A DNA stretch of 64,000 bases. It comes from an uncultured Candidatus Rokubacteria bacterium (GTDB taxonomy: Bacteria; Methylomirabilota; Methylomirabilia; Rokubacteriales; DASRDR01). The stretch lies in the NCBI GenBank assembly GCA_963708025.1, contig CAVPSB010000014.1, forward strand, positions 448,001-512,000. The letters run 5' to 3'. A program made the position numbers and the translations under genes. Under the pieces are notes generated by a model. That model ran no database searches. It saw nothing but the letters and a program-made list of their open reading frames with translations, and was not told where the DNA came from. This document shows positions 62,496 to 64,000 of the stretch, one piece after another. How positions within the stretch are numbered: position 1 is the first letter of the stretch; every line of letters begins with the position of its first letter.

Positions 62496-62566
62496 GCTCG
62501 GCACGGCCGCCCCGGCCGGCGAGCTGGCGGACGCGACGTTGCCCGACACGCTGAAGGCCGGCGAGA
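62496..62566 (+). pseudogene. Diverged 71-bp copy of the chalcone-isomerase-like gene 5' region
   Basis: 64/71 identical to 59337-59407 by manual alignment. Confidence 0.75.
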
Positions 62567-62598
62567 CCCGCACAGGGGCAAAGTGCTCCTGGAAGACC

Positions 62599-62616
62599 TG
62601 TTGCGGATTTGTTGCG
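62599..62616. promoter_or_regulatory. Putative integrase arm-type sites (right)
   Basis: TGTTGCGGATT-TGTTGCG, same motif and orientation as 37259-37280. Confidence 0.7.
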
Positions 62617-62668
62617 TCTCCTGCCGCAGACTGCCGGGAAATGCCGACCAGAGAGCGAGAAGTTACCG

Positions 62669-62761
62669 TTACTTAGCGTGGACCGACGAAAGAAACTCTT
62701 TCGCCGCTTTGCAGGGGCGTCAGGTGGGGGAACTATAGACTGTGACAGGCTTTTCAGTCAT
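62669..62761 (-). pseudogene. Truncated 5' stub of the Sec-glutaredoxin (30 aa if UGA is recoded)
   Basis: AGGAG RBS (62775-62771), ATG 62761: MTEKPVTVYSSPT-U-RPCKAAKEFLSSVHAK*; TACCAT -10-like box at 62783-62778. Confidence 0.8.
62685..62760. repeat. Right att site: 76-bp perfect direct repeat
   Basis: Identical to 37146-37221. Confidence 0.95.
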
Positions 62762-62869
62762 TCCGACACTCTCCTCTATGGTACCCATTGGCCCGAGTGG
62801 CCCCGTTTTGCGCCCGTTCGCGCCGCGTCGTTCCGGCTCCAGGGCTGGGGTCGCCGCGGGGAAAGACCG

Positions 62870-63125
62870 GCACCGCTGTCCGGAGTCATCGTCCAGCCGG
62901 TTCGTGATCTCCCGTTGGCCGCCCGGAAACGGTGGATGTAGCAGTTCATCGTCTTTTGGATGCTTCGGTGCCGCATCTGGCTTCAGCAGCAGCACCTCGC
63001 CCCCCCGGAGGCCTGTCCGGGATGATCAGCACGATGGGATAGAGGGCTGGGAAGTGTCGCTCAGCGGCGAGCAGCAAGGTTCTCAGCTCCGGCTCAGGGA
63101 ACAGTTTCCGGGCGTCGACGGCACG
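62870..63125 (-). pseudogene. Heavily deleted remnant of a homologous tyrosine integrase
   Basis: Across frames: ELRTLLLAAERHFPALYPIVL / RTGLRGGEVLLL / HRSIQKTMNCYIHRF / PGGQREITNRLDD, versus intact Int ELRQLIDVARAEFPREIYVLVL / RTGLRPGE / HSSIKITVDYYGHL / PTRRRVIVNRLDD. Confidence 0.75.
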
Positions 63126-63154
63126 GCTGCCCCTTGGCCGGGTCAAGGCCGGGC

Positions 63155-63775
63155 TCAGCCGGGCAGCCTCCAGGCCGCGCAGAGGTCCGCCGAGGTTACG
63201 ACATCGCCGAAATACGCGCGGATGTTGTAGAGCGTCGCGTCGTGGGCCGGTCGGTGGCTGGTGGCGGCCGCGTCCTCGGGGAGGACGACGTAGTAGTCGA
63301 GCATGTGGCCGTCACGCGCCGTCGACTCGACGCACACGTTCGTGGCCGTCCCGGTCGGGACGATGGTGCGAATGCCCCGGCTGCGGAGGATGAGGTCCAG
63401 CGGCGTGTTGATGAAGGCGCTGTAGCGGTGCTTGGTGACGACGACGTCGCCCCCGTGTGGCCGAAGGTCCCCGTACCAATCCGCGCCCCAGGTGCCTTCA
63501 GTGCAGCCGGAGGCCGCGCGGCCGCGGCGGCGCTCGCGCCATGCGTCCGAGTTCGTCGTCTCGTCGTGGCTGGCTCGGATGAAGACCACCAGGACCCCCG
63601 CGCGCCGCGCCACGGCCGTCAGGGCCCCGAGCGTCGGCACGATGACCCGAACGAGGCGTACGTCGTCGCCGTTCTTCGCGCTGGCGCCCTGGTCGTCACA
63701 GAAGTCGTTCTGCATATCGATGACGAGCAGCGCGGTGTGCTTGGGAGCGACCTTCTCGGCTAGGGTGGTCAGCAT
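63155..63775 (-). CDS. Isochorismatase-family cysteine hydrolase (RutB-like)
   Basis: IDMQNDF, KHRYSAF, GTATNVCVESTARD. Confidence 0.9.
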   Translation of the reverse strand: MLTTLAEKVAPKHTALLVIDMQNDFCDDQGASAKNGDDVRLVRVIVPTLGALTAVARRAGVLVVFIRASHDETTNSDAWRERRRGRAASGCTEGTWGADWYGDLRPHGGDVVVTKHRYSAFINTPLDLILRSRGIRTIVPTGTATNVCVESTARDGHMLDYYVVLPEDAAATSHRPAHDATLYNIRAYFGDVVTSADLCAAWRLPG

Positions 63776-63818
63776 GGGTCCTCGTCGCTCGCGCGTCGCG
63801 CCCCGCGCCCGCCGCCCG

Positions 63819-64000
63819 TCAGCCCGCGATGAGTCGCTCGAGCGCCTGGGCCATCCGCCGGTCCAGGCGCTCGTAGAAGCGCCGTTGCTCGAGCGTGCGG
63901 CCGCGCGGGCGAGAGGGTGATCACGGGATTGGTGTTGATTTCCACCTGAACCTTGCCATGGAGCACGCCGGAGTCCATGCGTCCGTATTCGATTCGCGCC
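63819..64000 (-). CDS. 3' end of a CDS entering from beyond the window (possibly ATP-grasp-like), frameshifted
   Basis: IEYGRMD..EINTNP, then RRFYERLDRRMAQALERLIAG* in another frame. Confidence 0.3.

Larger units (their letters stand above)
37146..62760. mobile_element. Integrative element/genomic island, 25,539 bp between att copies, inserted in the Sec-glutaredoxin gene
   Basis: 76-bp terminal direct repeats, integrase and excisionase at the left end, arm-like repeats at both ends, decayed backbone genes, accessory cargo. No phage structural or conjugation genes recognised. Confidence 0.92.

Noticed and set aside
37146-62760. Intact prophage or conjugative element
   Set aside because: No capsid, terminase, tail, relaxase or T4SS genes were recognised.

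Overview
High-GC window. The gene mix (many ABC/Liv transporters, an actinobacterial/Nitrospira-type Pup, a selenoprotein, outer-membrane barrels) resembles Ca. Rokubacteria/Methylomirabilota; this is inference, not verified. Positions 1-37 kb are mostly core metabolic and transport genes: a sugar-type ABC cluster, a MesD-like methionine synthase, thrB, dcd, a stand-alone pup, a fused indolepyruvate oxidoreductase, a Liv transporter and a MoxR/VWA operon. The main result is a 25,539-bp integrative element (37146-62760) bounded by a perfect 76-bp direct repeat. That repeat is the 5' end of a minus-strand glutaredoxin-like gene that the ORF track misses because its CxxC site reads UGA-x-x-C (YSSPT-U-RPC) and is followed by a SECIS-like hairpin. 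The repeat ends at the base of this hairpin, whose DNA (CGAAA-N7-TTTCG) looks like a tyrosine-integrase core site. The element rebuilds the gene behind its own integrase (GTGA stop/start overlap) and leaves a 30-aa UxxC stub behind the previous promoter. A decayed homologous integrase lies just outside the right end, so the site appears to have been used before. The cargo is a FixL/FixJ-like two-component system plus an envelope-protein cluster with many frameshifts.
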